From a virus: 64,000 nt of DNA. Positions 49,253 to 58,098 of this stretch are shown one piece after another. A model generated the notes under the pieces. That model saw nothing but the letters and a program-made list of their open reading frames with translations. It made no database searches and was not told where the DNA came from. How positions within the stretch are numbered: the first letter of the stretch is position 1; the number at the start of each line of letters is the position of its first letter. A program made the translations under genes and the position numbers. The stretch spans positions 3,711 to 67,710 of the IMG/VR virus record IMGVR_UViG_3300042863_000830; one strand, given 5' to 3'.

Positions 49253-50779
49253 ATGAGCAAAAATACAGTCCTTAGTGAAATACCTAATGTATCAGGCATA
49301 ATAAAGCAAGTTGGTACAAGTGGTTTTGCAACTGCAACCCCTAATGTGGATTATCAACTACCAATTAGCTTAACCACATTTGGCACAACTGGACCGGCTA
49401 CTTTTAGTAGCAATGTATTAAATATACCTATTTATGGATCAAGTGGTACTACGGGTACTTCAGGTACTAGTGGTAATAGTGGATCTTCTGGATCAAGTGG
49501 TAGTAGTGGATCTTCTGGCTCGTCAGGCTCAAGTGGTACTACGGGAACATCAGGATCTTCTGGCTCGTCAGGATCTTCAGGATCTTCAGGTTCATCAGGA
49601 TCTTCAGGAACTACCGGTACAAGCGGTACTACTGGAACTTCAGGAACTACTGGTACTTCAGGTACAAGCGGCATTAGCGGGGACAGATATTTAACATCAT
49701 CAGCTACTTCATTCACATTAGGCAATGCTGGAACTATTACTGTCGGCGTTGGATTAGCTTATAGTCCTAGTCAAACAGTTATCATATCTTTTAATCCTAG
49801 CAACTATCAAGAATCAGTTGTAACATCTTATAACAACGGCACAGGCAGTTTAGTATTTGGTGCGCCAATCACAACAGTTGGTTCAGGCACATACAATGCA
49901 TGGTTAGTAAACCTAGCCGGTGCTAGTGGTGGCGATGGTAGTTCAGGGACTTCGGGGGCAAATGGCACATCGGGAATAAATGGCACATCTGGCGCAAATG
50001 GTACAAGTGGCTCAAGCGGTTCAAGCGGTTCAAGCGGCTCAAGCGGCTCAAGCGGAGTGAACGGAACAAGTGGCTCAAGCGGTTCAAGCGGTGTAAATGG
50101 GAATAACGGATCTTCAGGCACAAGCGGTGTAAATGGGAATAACGGATCTTCTGGAACAAGTGGAGTAAACGGAACGGCTGGTATTAGTGGCACATCTGGC
50201 GCAAATGGCTCGTCAGGTACAAGCGGCGTTTCTGGCTCATCAGGTTCTTCAGGAGTAAACGGAGGTGCCGGTTCGTCAGGTACAAGTGGCGCGCAAGGTG
50301 GTAATGGTACAAGTGGTGTTTCGGGTTCGTCAGGTACTTCAGGTGCAAACGGAGGCAATGGTTCTTCAGGCACAAGTGGGGTAAATGGAACTGGATTTAA
50401 TTCTATTTCTCCAACAACTGCAGGAGCTGTGCTTACAGCCAATGGTACATCTAATAGTGCAACAGCAAATACAGGAGTAACAATTAGCGGTTCTAATCTA
50501 ACTGCTGCTGCATTTTTTGAAAGTTCAGATATAAGATTTAAGAATGTATTAGAAACAAATCCATCAATAGACTTACCAATAGATGTAATTAAATTTACTA
50601 GAACAGATGATGATAACAATGCAGTAAGATATGGTTATTCGGCTCAACAAGTGCAATCATATCTTCCAGAGGCAGTTTCAGGTGGTGAAAAGTTATCCGT
50701 AAATTACATGGATGTTCATACATTAAAAATAGCAGCATTAGAAAAACGTATTGCAGAATTAGAAGCTAAATTAAAATAA
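49253..50779 (+). CDS. fibre with long Gly-X-Ser/Asn repeats and S74 chaperone
   Basis: (GSS/GTS/GVN)n; SSDIRFK...YGYSAQ. Confidence 0.8.
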   Translation: MSKNTVLSEIPNVSGIIKQVGTSGFATATPNVDYQLPISLTTFGTTGPATFSSNVLNIPIYGSSGTTGTSGTSGNSGSSGSSGSSGSSGSSGSSGTTGTSGSSGSSGSSGSSGSSGSSGTTGTSGTTGTSGTTGTSGTSGISGDRYLTSSATSFTLGNAGTITVGVGLAYSPSQTVIISFNPSNYQESVVTSYNNGTGSLVFGAPITTVGSGTYNAWLVNLAGASGGDGSSGTSGANGTSGINGTSGANGTSGSSGSSGSSGSSGSSGVNGTSGSSGSSGVNGNNGSSGTSGVNGNNGSSGTSGVNGTAGISGTSGANGSSGTSGVSGSSGSSGVNGGAGSSGTSGAQGGNGTSGVSGSSGTSGANGGNGSSGTSGVNGTGFNSISPTTAGAVLTANGTSNSATANTGVTISGSNLTAAAFFESSDIRFKNVLETNPSIDLPIDVIKFTRTDDDNNAVRYGYSAQQVQSYLPEAVSGGEKLSVNYMDVHTLKIAALEKRIAELEAKLK

Positions 50780-50781
50780 AC

Positions 50782-51339
50782 ATGGCATATAGTGACTTAG
50801 CAAATAATCAAGGTGTATCTTTTAATAGCTTAATCAGTGGAGTGTCTCAAGGATACTTTAGTGCAAAAACTACTATACCCTCTACCAACAAAATGGCTAC
50901 AAAGTCTGCTTGTAATACGTATGTAACTGTAAACCCCTCATATCCTTCTTTTGCAGCAAAAGCAGATAATCAATTAGTTGTAAAACAAGATTTACAAAAT
51001 AATGAAGCCACTTTATACATTACAAATAATTTCTTTACAGGAACTATAACAAACGTTACAGTTAATGGAGTTAGTATTACAGGTGCTTCATTCCCATTAG
51101 ATATAGGTAATGGCACAACAGGTTACACTACACAAATAGGTACATACGATATATTGGTTTATTATGCAGATGCTACTAACCTTGACAATTATATGCGTAT
51201 AGAAGATTCTGAATATAATACTGCCTGTATAGATGGATTTTCTTCATTAGGTCCAGGACCTTATTATGTAACATTCTCAAGTCAAGTAATCAATACAAGT
51301 GTTGGTGTTGTTATTGAATCTGGTGATGGAAATTGTTAG
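50782..51339 (+). CDS. putative structural protein
   Basis: beta-rich, follows the fibre gene. Confidence 0.5.
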   Translation: MAYSDLANNQGVSFNSLISGVSQGYFSAKTTIPSTNKMATKSACNTYVTVNPSYPSFAAKADNQLVVKQDLQNNEATLYITNNFFTGTITNVTVNGVSITGASFPLDIGNGTTGYTTQIGTYDILVYYADATNLDNYMRIEDSEYNTACIDGFSSLGPGPYYVTFSSQVINTSVGVVIESGDGNC

Positions 51340-54184
51340 ATGGCGCAGTTTTCCCCAATAGTTGCCATTGATGGATCTTGCCCATAAAATCTTTTATTTT
51401 ATCTATAACCATTTGTGCAGTAATTGATTTAGTGCATTCAAATTGTCTTTCAGTCCCTTTATGATCAGGACACCAATTCCAATCTCCTGCGTTTAATCTA
51501 TGCCTATTAAAGCAACCACTACACTTTCCTTGAGGTGCAGATACTCTTATACAATCTTCCATCTCAGCAAAAGGTTCAGAAAAACCACTAATAATAACGG
51601 TTGGGATATTTAAAGACCAAGATAGCCAACTTAAACCGCTCCCTATACCTATAAAGAACTCCGATTTAAGCATTTCTTCCATAACTGACTCAATACTACC
51701 ATTCGGGTGGACAACTACGCCATTTGGGGCTATATTGCCCATATAGTCAACGCCTTCTTTGGATATAAGTTTAACCACATATCCTTTGCTAATCAAATAG
51801 TCTACCACTTCTTGCCATCCTTTTGGATTATTCCAATATTTAGCTTGTGCGGTAGAATGTATAGCAATGACTACTTGCTTAATTTTTTCAACAGGTTTTA
51901 TCTTTAATCTAGGTCTTACCTCCTTGTACTCTAACCCTAGTATGTTAGTAGCAGCCTTTTGCATTGAAATTGTATGAGGCACTTCAGGTTCTTTATTTTC
52001 ATCATAAAACCACCCGACTCTGTATAAAGCATATACGTTTTGAACCACATCACCCGGACTTACAAATTCTAATTCAGGGTAATCAAACATATGATTCCAG
52101 AAAGTAGATACAATGACATGGCAATTATGTTTCTTTTTAAACTCCAAAGCATATGGCATCCAAGCTAAAGTGTCCCCTAGTGATTTACTTTCAAGCGTTA
52201 TAAAGACTCTCTTGCTTTCAAGGTTTAGCTTGTTTTCAAATATCAAATTACCTTGATCCCATATTTTAACCTCCCATTCAGTAAACCATTGTCTATTTAG
52301 TTTTACCCAATTATTAACATCTAAATGATTATTATAGACACAATTACCATTTTCGTAAAATTCAACATAAAATCTTTTGTCTAAAAGAACCTTATCTCGT
52401 TGGACATCATTTGTATAGTCTATTCCTTCAATGTCAACTTTGTTATCCTTTTTCAAGTCAGCCATTAACAACTCTTTAACCTTGTAGTTGTTTTCTTTTA
52501 AAAAGTTATAGAACTTAACTTCAAGTATATTGAAAGATGTGCCATTTGTGTAGTAATCTTTTTTGTCTTTAAATTTGGTTACAAATGATAAGATAGCATC
52601 TGTTTTGGCTGATAAAAAAGCAGAGCAATATGAATCTTCTTCATAAGACAGGTTAGTGTATTTATAGACTACAAAATCATTTGTATCTAATTCCTTTAAA
52701 TTGTTGTTTATTGTTGCTTTAGTAAGCTGGTAGTCGTAATTGATTATGTTTACCTTCTTATAGCCTAGTTTTTTAGCCAATTCTATTCCATTACGCATTA
52801 AGGTATACACGCAATACCCATGTTCTTTTTCAAATAATTGGTACTCTTTTTCTCCTTTTTTATTTGTAAACCAATGATAATATGCCACATTGTATTTAGC
52901 AAATTCACTCTTAAACAACAAAGGATTCTCTTTTGTATAAATAACATAATCACAAAGCTCTTGTGCATCTTCCTCTATTGGAAAATTCGCAGACAAAATG
53001 ATATTCGTGTTTAAACTAGATAAGCAATTTTTAAGCAGTTGTTTCCTGAAATCGTTATTAGGGTGGGCTAAAACAATTGATACAGAATCCTTATCTTTTT
53101 TAGCACTAACATTAATTCCTTTAATCTCCAAGTATGGATTATCTACAAAATGTTGTATTATAATAGGCTTTTGCTCCTTAATTGGTAGTTCAAGTAACTT
53201 TAAATAGGCTTCTTCATGCCTTAATCCAAAAATCAATGAATTGTTATCGGTAGGTACGTTGTAATTACATTCTAAGGTACTTAAATCAGTATCTATTGGA
53301 TTAATATACTTATCATACATACCATCATATTGAGGCAAATTACGGGCAATAATGGGCAGTTTGTAACCAATAGCTTCACGAAGTACCAATGGATTTAGCT
53401 CCCAAGTAGAATTAAACATAAAAATATCAGCCGCAGACATAAAGGTAGATATATCAGTCCTTTCCCCCCACACTTTCACATTGCTAGGTAAATCCTTCAT
53501 TAGTGGCTCCCAATAGTCCATAAAGTTCCCCGCTTGATTGCCGATAAAATGAAACATCATATCAGGGTACTTACGAGCAATTTCTAACCCTTCAGCTTGA
53601 TTCTTGCCCGAAGTCCAAAGCCCTACATTTATAACATGCTTCTTCTTTAAATCCATGCCTAAATCCTTCTTAGCGTGTATTTTTTCTATCCATAAATTAA
53701 GCTTTAAATCTATTGGGTAAGGTATGGTTACAAACTTACTATCCATCCCTGCAAATATATCTTCGTGCCAAGAGGTGCAAAAAGCATACATATCAGGATG
53801 GTATCGTTTACTATCAAGAGGTCTAAAATTAGAGTTATGACAAGTTTCTACTATGCGCCAAGTCCTATCATTGCAATACAATTCATTAAAAAGTGTGTCA
53901 TTGCCCATTGATTCTGGCATTTCATCCAAATGAACAATATCTATTCCGTTATCCCTAATTATATCCATAGCTCGCATTTTGTCGCTATCAAGACTATAAA
54001 AGTTATTACCCAATAAAGAGATTATTTGATCCCTTTGTACCGGGAATAACTTTCCATAATCCTCGTATTCCACAACAAAAATTTCAAACGATTCAGCATA
54101 GTCAAGTAAAGTTTGAATACGTTTAAGTACAAATTGAGGCATACCGCCCGTTGAGATATGCGACATTAGATATAATATTTTCAT
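51311..54184 (-). CDS. multidomain glycosyltransferase: GT4, GT-A-like insert and Aah/TibC-like protein O-heptosyltransferase
   Basis: GT4 motifs TGGMP, KNQ, ELNPLVLREA; Aah/TibC-like SLGDTLAW, STAQAKYWNNP.GW, FFIGIGSGLSWLSW, ISGFS, CSGC...WCP.H...QFECTKSI. Confidence 0.85.
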   Translation of the reverse strand: MKILYLMSHISTGGMPQFVLKRIQTLLDYAESFEIFVVEYEDYGKLFPVQRDQIISLLGNNFYSLDSDKMRAMDIIRDNGIDIVHLDEMPESMGNDTLFNELYCNDRTWRIVETCHNSNFRPLDSKRYHPDMYAFCTSWHEDIFAGMDSKFVTIPYPIDLKLNLWIEKIHAKKDLGMDLKKKHVINVGLWTSGKNQAEGLEIARKYPDMMFHFIGNQAGNFMDYWEPLMKDLPSNVKVWGERTDISTFMSAADIFMFNSTWELNPLVLREAIGYKLPIIARNLPQYDGMYDKYINPIDTDLSTLECNYNVPTDNNSLIFGLRHEEAYLKLLELPIKEQKPIIIQHFVDNPYLEIKGINVSAKKDKDSVSIVLAHPNNDFRKQLLKNCLSSLNTNIILSANFPIEEDAQELCDYVIYTKENPLLFKSEFAKYNVAYYHWFTNKKGEKEYQLFEKEHGYCVYTLMRNGIELAKKLGYKKVNIINYDYQLTKATINNNLKELDTNDFVVYKYTNLSYEEDSYCSAFLSAKTDAILSFVTKFKDKKDYYTNGTSFNILEVKFYNFLKENNYKVKELLMADLKKDNKVDIEGIDYTNDVQRDKVLLDKRFYVEFYENGNCVYNNHLDVNNWVKLNRQWFTEWEVKIWDQGNLIFENKLNLESKRVFITLESKSLGDTLAWMPYALEFKKKHNCHVIVSTFWNHMFDYPELEFVSPGDVVQNVYALYRVGWFYDENKEPEVPHTISMQKAATNILGLEYKEVRPRLKIKPVEKIKQVVIAIHSTAQAKYWNNPKGWQEVVDYLISKGYVVKLISKEGVDYMGNIAPNGVVVHPNGSIESVMEEMLKSEFFIGIGSGLSWLSWSLNIPTVIISGFSEPFAEMEDCIRVSAPQGKCSGCFNRHRLNAGDWNWCPDHKGTERQFECTKSITAQMVIDKIKDFMGKIHQWQLLGKTAPSNNFHHQIQ

Positions 54185-54300
54185 AATCCGATTTTAGTAT
54201 TCAGCAAATTTATATTAATAAATTTAATTTAAAAAATTAATATAAAAAAGTTAACGTAAAAAATCGCATAAAAAATATCAAACATCAGTATATTTGACAT
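54185..54300. promoter_or_regulatory. divergent promoters for the GT fusion gene and the lysis module
   Basis: TAAATTTG on minus at 54205-54212; TATATTTG on plus at 54289-54296. Confidence 0.6.
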
Positions 54301-54858
54301 ATGTATAAGAACATATTTATAGTCGTATTATTGTTTATCATTTTTTTAATGACAAAATCTGCTATTTCTTTAAAAGACATACAGCCTGTCGTAATAGAAA
54401 AGGTAGATACTTTAAGACAAGATACCACCATATATAAATGGAAGAAAGGAAAAGACATAGTGCATGATACTACAATATACGATACAACAATCAGTTTTCT
54501 AAATGTAGATACCAGCGCTATTTTAAAAGATTTCTTTGCCAAGAATGTATTCAAAGATACTTTATCATTACCAGAGGGAATAGTAGCTATAAATGACACT
54601 ATATCACAAAACAAGATATATGGCAGAAGTTTTAACGCTAGCTTAACACAAAAAACTATTGTGAAGGTAAGAGAGATACGCACGCCACCGCCACCACCAA
54701 AAGCATCATTGTATTGGGGAGTAATGGCAACAAAGCAAGAAAACAATTTTGGATACGGAGGAGGCTTGATTTACAAATCAGCTAACAAAGGAATTATCCA
54801 ATTAAATATTACTAACAACAAACAGTTCCAATTAGGATACTACTCTAAAATATTTTAA
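54301..54858 (+). CDS. membrane-anchored protein of the lysis module (spanin-like candidate)
   Basis: N-terminal hydrophobic helix, DT repeats, amphipathic beta C-terminus ending in Phe. Confidence 0.45.
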   Translation: MYKNIFIVVLLFIIFLMTKSAISLKDIQPVVIEKVDTLRQDTTIYKWKKGKDIVHDTTIYDTTISFLNVDTSAILKDFFAKNVFKDTLSLPEGIVAINDTISQNKIYGRSFNASLTQKTIVKVREIRTPPPPPKASLYWGVMATKQENNFGYGGGLIYKSANKGIIQLNITNNKQFQLGYYSKIF

Positions 54859-54860
54859 CA

Positions 54861-55181
54861 ATGGCAACAACAAAAAAGACAGATGAAAAAAAAGATGTAA
54901 ATGTATCTGCAAATCCATTGCCGGTCAGCTTTAAAGATTTTGTCAAGCATCCAAAAGAAGCAATTGCATTTTTAGCTATTATAGCTATGGGATATTTGTA
55001 TGTAGATATAAGAAGCACATTCCAGACAAATGCAGATAAGCAAGACAGAAGGGTTGATAAAGTGGAAACAAGATTAGACGCAGTGCAAGATGCATTGAGA
55101 AGAAGCGATTCATCAGGCGCAGTAACGGCATCTCAATTAAAAATGTTAAATGATTTAGGAGCTATAAAATCCCTTAAATAA
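54861..55181 (+). CDS. membrane protein with coiled coil
   Basis: AIAFLAIIAMGYLY TM segment followed by heptads. Confidence 0.5.
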   Translation: MATTKKTDEKKDVNVSANPLPVSFKDFVKHPKEAIAFLAIIAMGYLYVDIRSTFQTNADKQDRRVDKVETRLDAVQDALRRSDSSGAVTASQLKMLNDLGAIKSLK

Positions 55182-55507
55182 TGAAATACTTAGTATTCAT
55201 ATTTTTATTTGGTTGTGGTGTTACGGCTCAAGGTGTAAGTGAGGAGTCTAAAGAAGATCAAGAATTGGATATGCTTTTAAAAAAGGCGCAGTCCAATATC
55301 CAAGTCCAAGCCACATTGCAAGATGCCGCTACAAAAGAACAAAAGAAGATAGTAACGCAAACTATAAGCCAAATAGTAGGATTAAAAGAAGAAAACAAAG
55401 AATTAAAAATAGAATTAAATGAAACTAAAGCAAAGTTTGATAGCATCAGTCTTGATACTCTTGTGCCATACGTCTTATTGCCAGTACCCCGTAAAAAGGA
55501 TATTTAG
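55181..55507 (+). CDS. probable lipoprotein with coiled coil (o-spanin candidate)
   Basis: MKYLVFIFLFG-C lipobox-like signal. Confidence 0.5.
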   Translation: MKYLVFIFLFGCGVTAQGVSEESKEDQELDMLLKKAQSNIQVQATLQDAATKEQKKIVTQTISQIVGLKEENKELKIELNETKAKFDSISLDTLVPYVLLPVPRKKDI

Positions 55508-55820
55508 AGGTGATTCGGTGGTTATAATGAAAGTATCACAAGCAGATACAATCAATATGCTTTACAAGTTTTATTCTCAAAAAATAGATTCACTAACCGA
55601 TTCAGTAGCAATTAAAAACAAAACAAATGAAGAACTTTATAAAAAATTACTTGTTAAAAATGATACAATCTTTTATTGGAAAGGTAAATACGAAGCAAGT
55701 AGAGAGCTTTATACCGGATACAGAAATATCAACTACGAAAAAGAAGAAGCGTTCCACCTCCTCCAAAAAATCATCCTCATCGGAGTTATAATTTTACAAT
55801 TCACACAAATAGCAAAATAA
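55419..55820 (+). CDS. exported/membrane coiled-coil protein
   Basis: signal-like N-terminus, C-terminal hydrophobic helix; overlaps the previous ORF by 89 nt. Confidence 0.5.
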   Translation: MKLKQSLIASVLILLCHTSYCQYPVKRIFRGDSVVIMKVSQADTINMLYKFYSQKIDSLTDSVAIKNKTNEELYKKLLVKNDTIFYWKGKYEASRELYTGYRNINYEKEEAFHLLQKIILIGVIILQFTQIAK

Positions 55821-55821
55821 T

Positions 55822-56046
55822 ATGAAACAATTTTTTCAAGAAGACAATGGCAGATTTAGTATGAAGCGTTTATGTGGTTTATTATGTGTAGTAACTTTAT
55901 GTGCTACCATGTACCACAATAGCTTTAGTGAAGAACACATAGCTCCAAGTACAGTACTTGTAGAAGCGGTATCTTTGTTAGCCTTTGGCACTTTAGGCTT
56001 AACATCAGTTGAAAAGATATTTAAAAAGAAAGAAAATGCCGAATAA
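55822..56046 (+). CDS. holin-like protein
   Basis: 74 aa, two TM segments, basic tail, upstream of the endolysin. Confidence 0.6.
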   Translation: MKQFFQEDNGRFSMKRLCGLLCVVTLCATMYHNSFSEEHIAPSTVLVEAVSLLAFGTLGLTSVEKIFKKKENAE

Positions 56047-56122
56047 TGAAAAAAGAGCATTACTTATAGGGGCAACCCTCTGGGTAATATTATTGACATA
56101 TTTTACAATTAAAATGTTATAA
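56036..56122 (+). CDS. tiny single-TM peptide (28 aa)
   Basis: read by hand, MPNNEKRALLIGATLWVILLTYFTIKML; fills the holin-endolysin gap. Confidence 0.4.
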   Translation: MPNNEKRALLIGATLWVILLTYFTIKML

Positions 56123-56124
56123 AA

Positions 56125-56631
56125 ATGAAAGACCAAAAAACGTTGGAGAGAATACAATTGCTCCACCCTAAATTAAGAGAAGAAGCGTTAACTATGTATG
56201 ATGAGATTGTTGCAGCTTTAACAGGCACAGCAGCTTGTCGTTTTGCTTACACCCTAAGAACATTTGCAGAACAAGACGGATTGTTTGCACAAGGCAGAAC
56301 GAAGCCGGGTGCTATTGTTACTAAGGCTAAAGGCGGTCAGTCATATCATAATTACGGGTTAGCTATTGATATTGTTTTGTTAGTTGATAAGGATAAGAAT
56401 GGCACTTTTGAAACTGCAAGTTGGGACTTAAAGACTGACTTTGATGGCGATGGCAAGAGTGATTGGCAAGAGATTGTAGCTATTTTTAAAAGATATGGCT
56501 ACGAGTGGGGTGGCGACTGGAAGTTTAATGATGCACCTCATTTCCAAAAAACACTTGGTAAATCTATTGCAGAATTACAAGCATTACATAAAGCAGGTAA
56601 AGTTGACAAGAATGGTTTTGTATTAATCTAA
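56125..56631 (+). CDS. endolysin, M15-family L-Ala-D-Glu peptidase
   Basis: RTFAEQ..L.AQGRT, SYHNYGLAID, WGGDW, DAPHFQ. Confidence 0.9.
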   Translation: MKDQKTLERIQLLHPKLREEALTMYDEIVAALTGTAACRFAYTLRTFAEQDGLFAQGRTKPGAIVTKAKGGQSYHNYGLAIDIVLLVDKDKNGTFETASWDLKTDFDGDGKSDWQEIVAIFKRYGYEWGGDWKFNDAPHFQKTLGKSIAELQALHKAGKVDKNGFVLI

Positions 56632-56707
56632 TTATATATGTGTAAAAAAAAATAATTAATTAATTGAAATAGTTAGTTAATTTTATCTAAATATTAATGG
56701 TTCTAAA

Positions 56708-57010
56708 ATGGATATACAAACCGAAATAAGCCTGATGGATCAAAGACTATCAATTATGGAAAATAAACTTGATGATGTTGAGTCAAAATTAGACTCAATG
56801 GATAAAAAATTGAATCAAGTAATAGAAGCATTAATAGGCAATCCTTTGACCAAAAGTAATGGTCTTGTAGAGGATGTTAAGTCAATGAAAGAAAAGGTTG
56901 ACGACCACGACCAATCCTTAAAAAAAGTAAAATGGTTTTGGTTAGGTGTTATTTCAGTAGGTACTGCATTAGCTATATTAATACAATTTGTTTTAAAAGT
57001 TTTTGGTTAA
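56708..57010 (+). CDS. coiled-coil protein with C-terminal TM helix
   Basis: heptad repeats then WFWLGVISVGTALAILIQF. Confidence 0.6.
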   Translation: MDIQTEISLMDQRLSIMENKLDDVESKLDSMDKKLNQVIEALIGNPLTKSNGLVEDVKSMKEKVDDHDQSLKKVKWFWLGVISVGTALAILIQFVLKVFG

Positions 57011-57037
57011 TTTTTTTTTGGTTTATAAGCGATAATT

Positions 57038-57065
57038 GGAGGACTTAAAACGTCCTCCTTTTTTA
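57038..57065 (+). terminator. intrinsic terminator ending the lysis module
   Basis: GGAGGAC-N7-GTCCTCC followed by T7. Confidence 0.8.
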
Positions 57066-57122
57066 TTGCTTTCTTATCGTAAAACTTTACTTTCTGTTGT
57101 TCATTGCTATTAGCAGAAACGA

Positions 57123-57260
57123 CTAATTTGCCATTTTTTGTTGTTCTCTTTCGCATATCTTTTCTTTTAATTCTTTAATTTCTTGGTTAAGTTTTTTAAT
57201 TTTTTCTCTTAATACTTCAATTTCACATTCAAGTATTGTGGACTGTTTCAGTTCATACAT
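57123..57260 (-). CDS. small coiled-coil protein (45 aa)
   Basis: read by hand, MYELKQSTILECEIE... Confidence 0.4.
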   Translation of the reverse strand: MYELKQSTILECEIEVLREKIKKLNQEIKELKEKICEREQQKMAN

Positions 57261-57479
57261 TTTTTTTAAATTTACTTATAGTTATTGCAATTAAATAAAT
57301 AGTTATAGCTAACGGAAGGGATATTAAAATAAAATATAATAATTCATATATGAAAATAAGTGTTTCTTTAATCATTTTTAAAAATTTTAATAAGTTGATA
57401 AATATATTTATTTGCTACTATACAAAGTGCAAAAATCATTATTTTAACTATAATTTCTAGCCATTCAGGTAAATACATT

Positions 57480-57710
57480 TTAAATTGTTTTAATTTTACT
57501 AATAATTTCTTTCATTGCTTCTTTTTCTTCTTCCGTTTGTTCCTCAGGTTGAGCAAGTATTGCTTTTACTTCACATTCATTTTCCCATTTGTTAATGTAC
57601 TCTAATAATTCAGCATACGCTTCATCCGAATACCAAGAAAAATGATATACTCTAGCCAATAGCAATTGTCTTTCAAAAGCTGGTAATTCTCTAATAGTTT
57701 GTGTTTCCAT
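57480..57710 (-). CDS. hypothetical protein
   Basis: 76-aa ORF with A-rich leader. Confidence 0.6.
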   Translation of the reverse strand: METQTIRELPAFERQLLLARVYHFSWYSDEAYAELLEYINKWENECEVKAILAQPEEQTEEEKEAMKEIISKIKTI

Positions 57711-57728
57711 TTGGGTTATTTAGTTTGT

Positions 57729-57932
57729 TTAAAAATCATGTCTTACGACTAATACATGAATTCTACCTACTTTATTATGCTTTATAACTTCTGGCAATGG
57801 CAAACCTGTTTTAATTCGGTATTTGATTGCTTGTTGGGTTATTTTTTCATAAGGGTTCTTTTTGTTTAGTCTAAAATAATCTCTATCTACTTTGTCTGCA
57901 TACTCTTGTAGGCTAATTTGTTTGGTTTTCAT
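57729..57932 (-). CDS. small basic protein, possibly DNA-binding
   Basis: SLQEYA...ITQQAIKYRIK, HTH-like. Confidence 0.5.
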   Translation of the reverse strand: MKTKQISLQEYADKVDRDYFRLNKKNPYEKITQQAIKYRIKTGLPLPEVIKHNKVGRIHVLVVRHDF

Positions 57933-58095
57933 ACTGCTTTAATTTTTTTTGTAGCAAGTTATATTCTTTAGTTAATGATACTATTTCATCATAATTTTTT
58001 GATCTTGCTATCTTTTTGTCTATTTGTTTTAGGTTGTTTTTAATTGATTTTGTGTACTCGTCTTGTTTAAATAAGGCAAATATTTTTTTTAACAC
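57913..58095 (-). CDS. hypothetical protein
   Basis: 60-aa ORF in the operon. Confidence 0.4.
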   Translation of the reverse strand: MLKKIFALFKQDEYTKSIKNNLKQIDKKIARSKNYDEIVSLTKEYNLLQKKLKQYENQTN

Positions 58096-58098
58096 ATT

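Noticed and set aside
40996-50397. Repeat tracts as CRISPR arrays or DGR template/variable repeats
   Set aside because: Degenerate in-frame triplet repeats without constant repeat-spacer structure; no cas or reverse transcriptase gene; no adenine-specific repeat pair seen
40896-50619. Long antisense Pro/Glu/Val-rich ORFs (e.g. 40896-41393, 49828-50619)
   Set aside because: Stop-free by-products of the GGN-(T/A)CN repeat codons on the opposite strand
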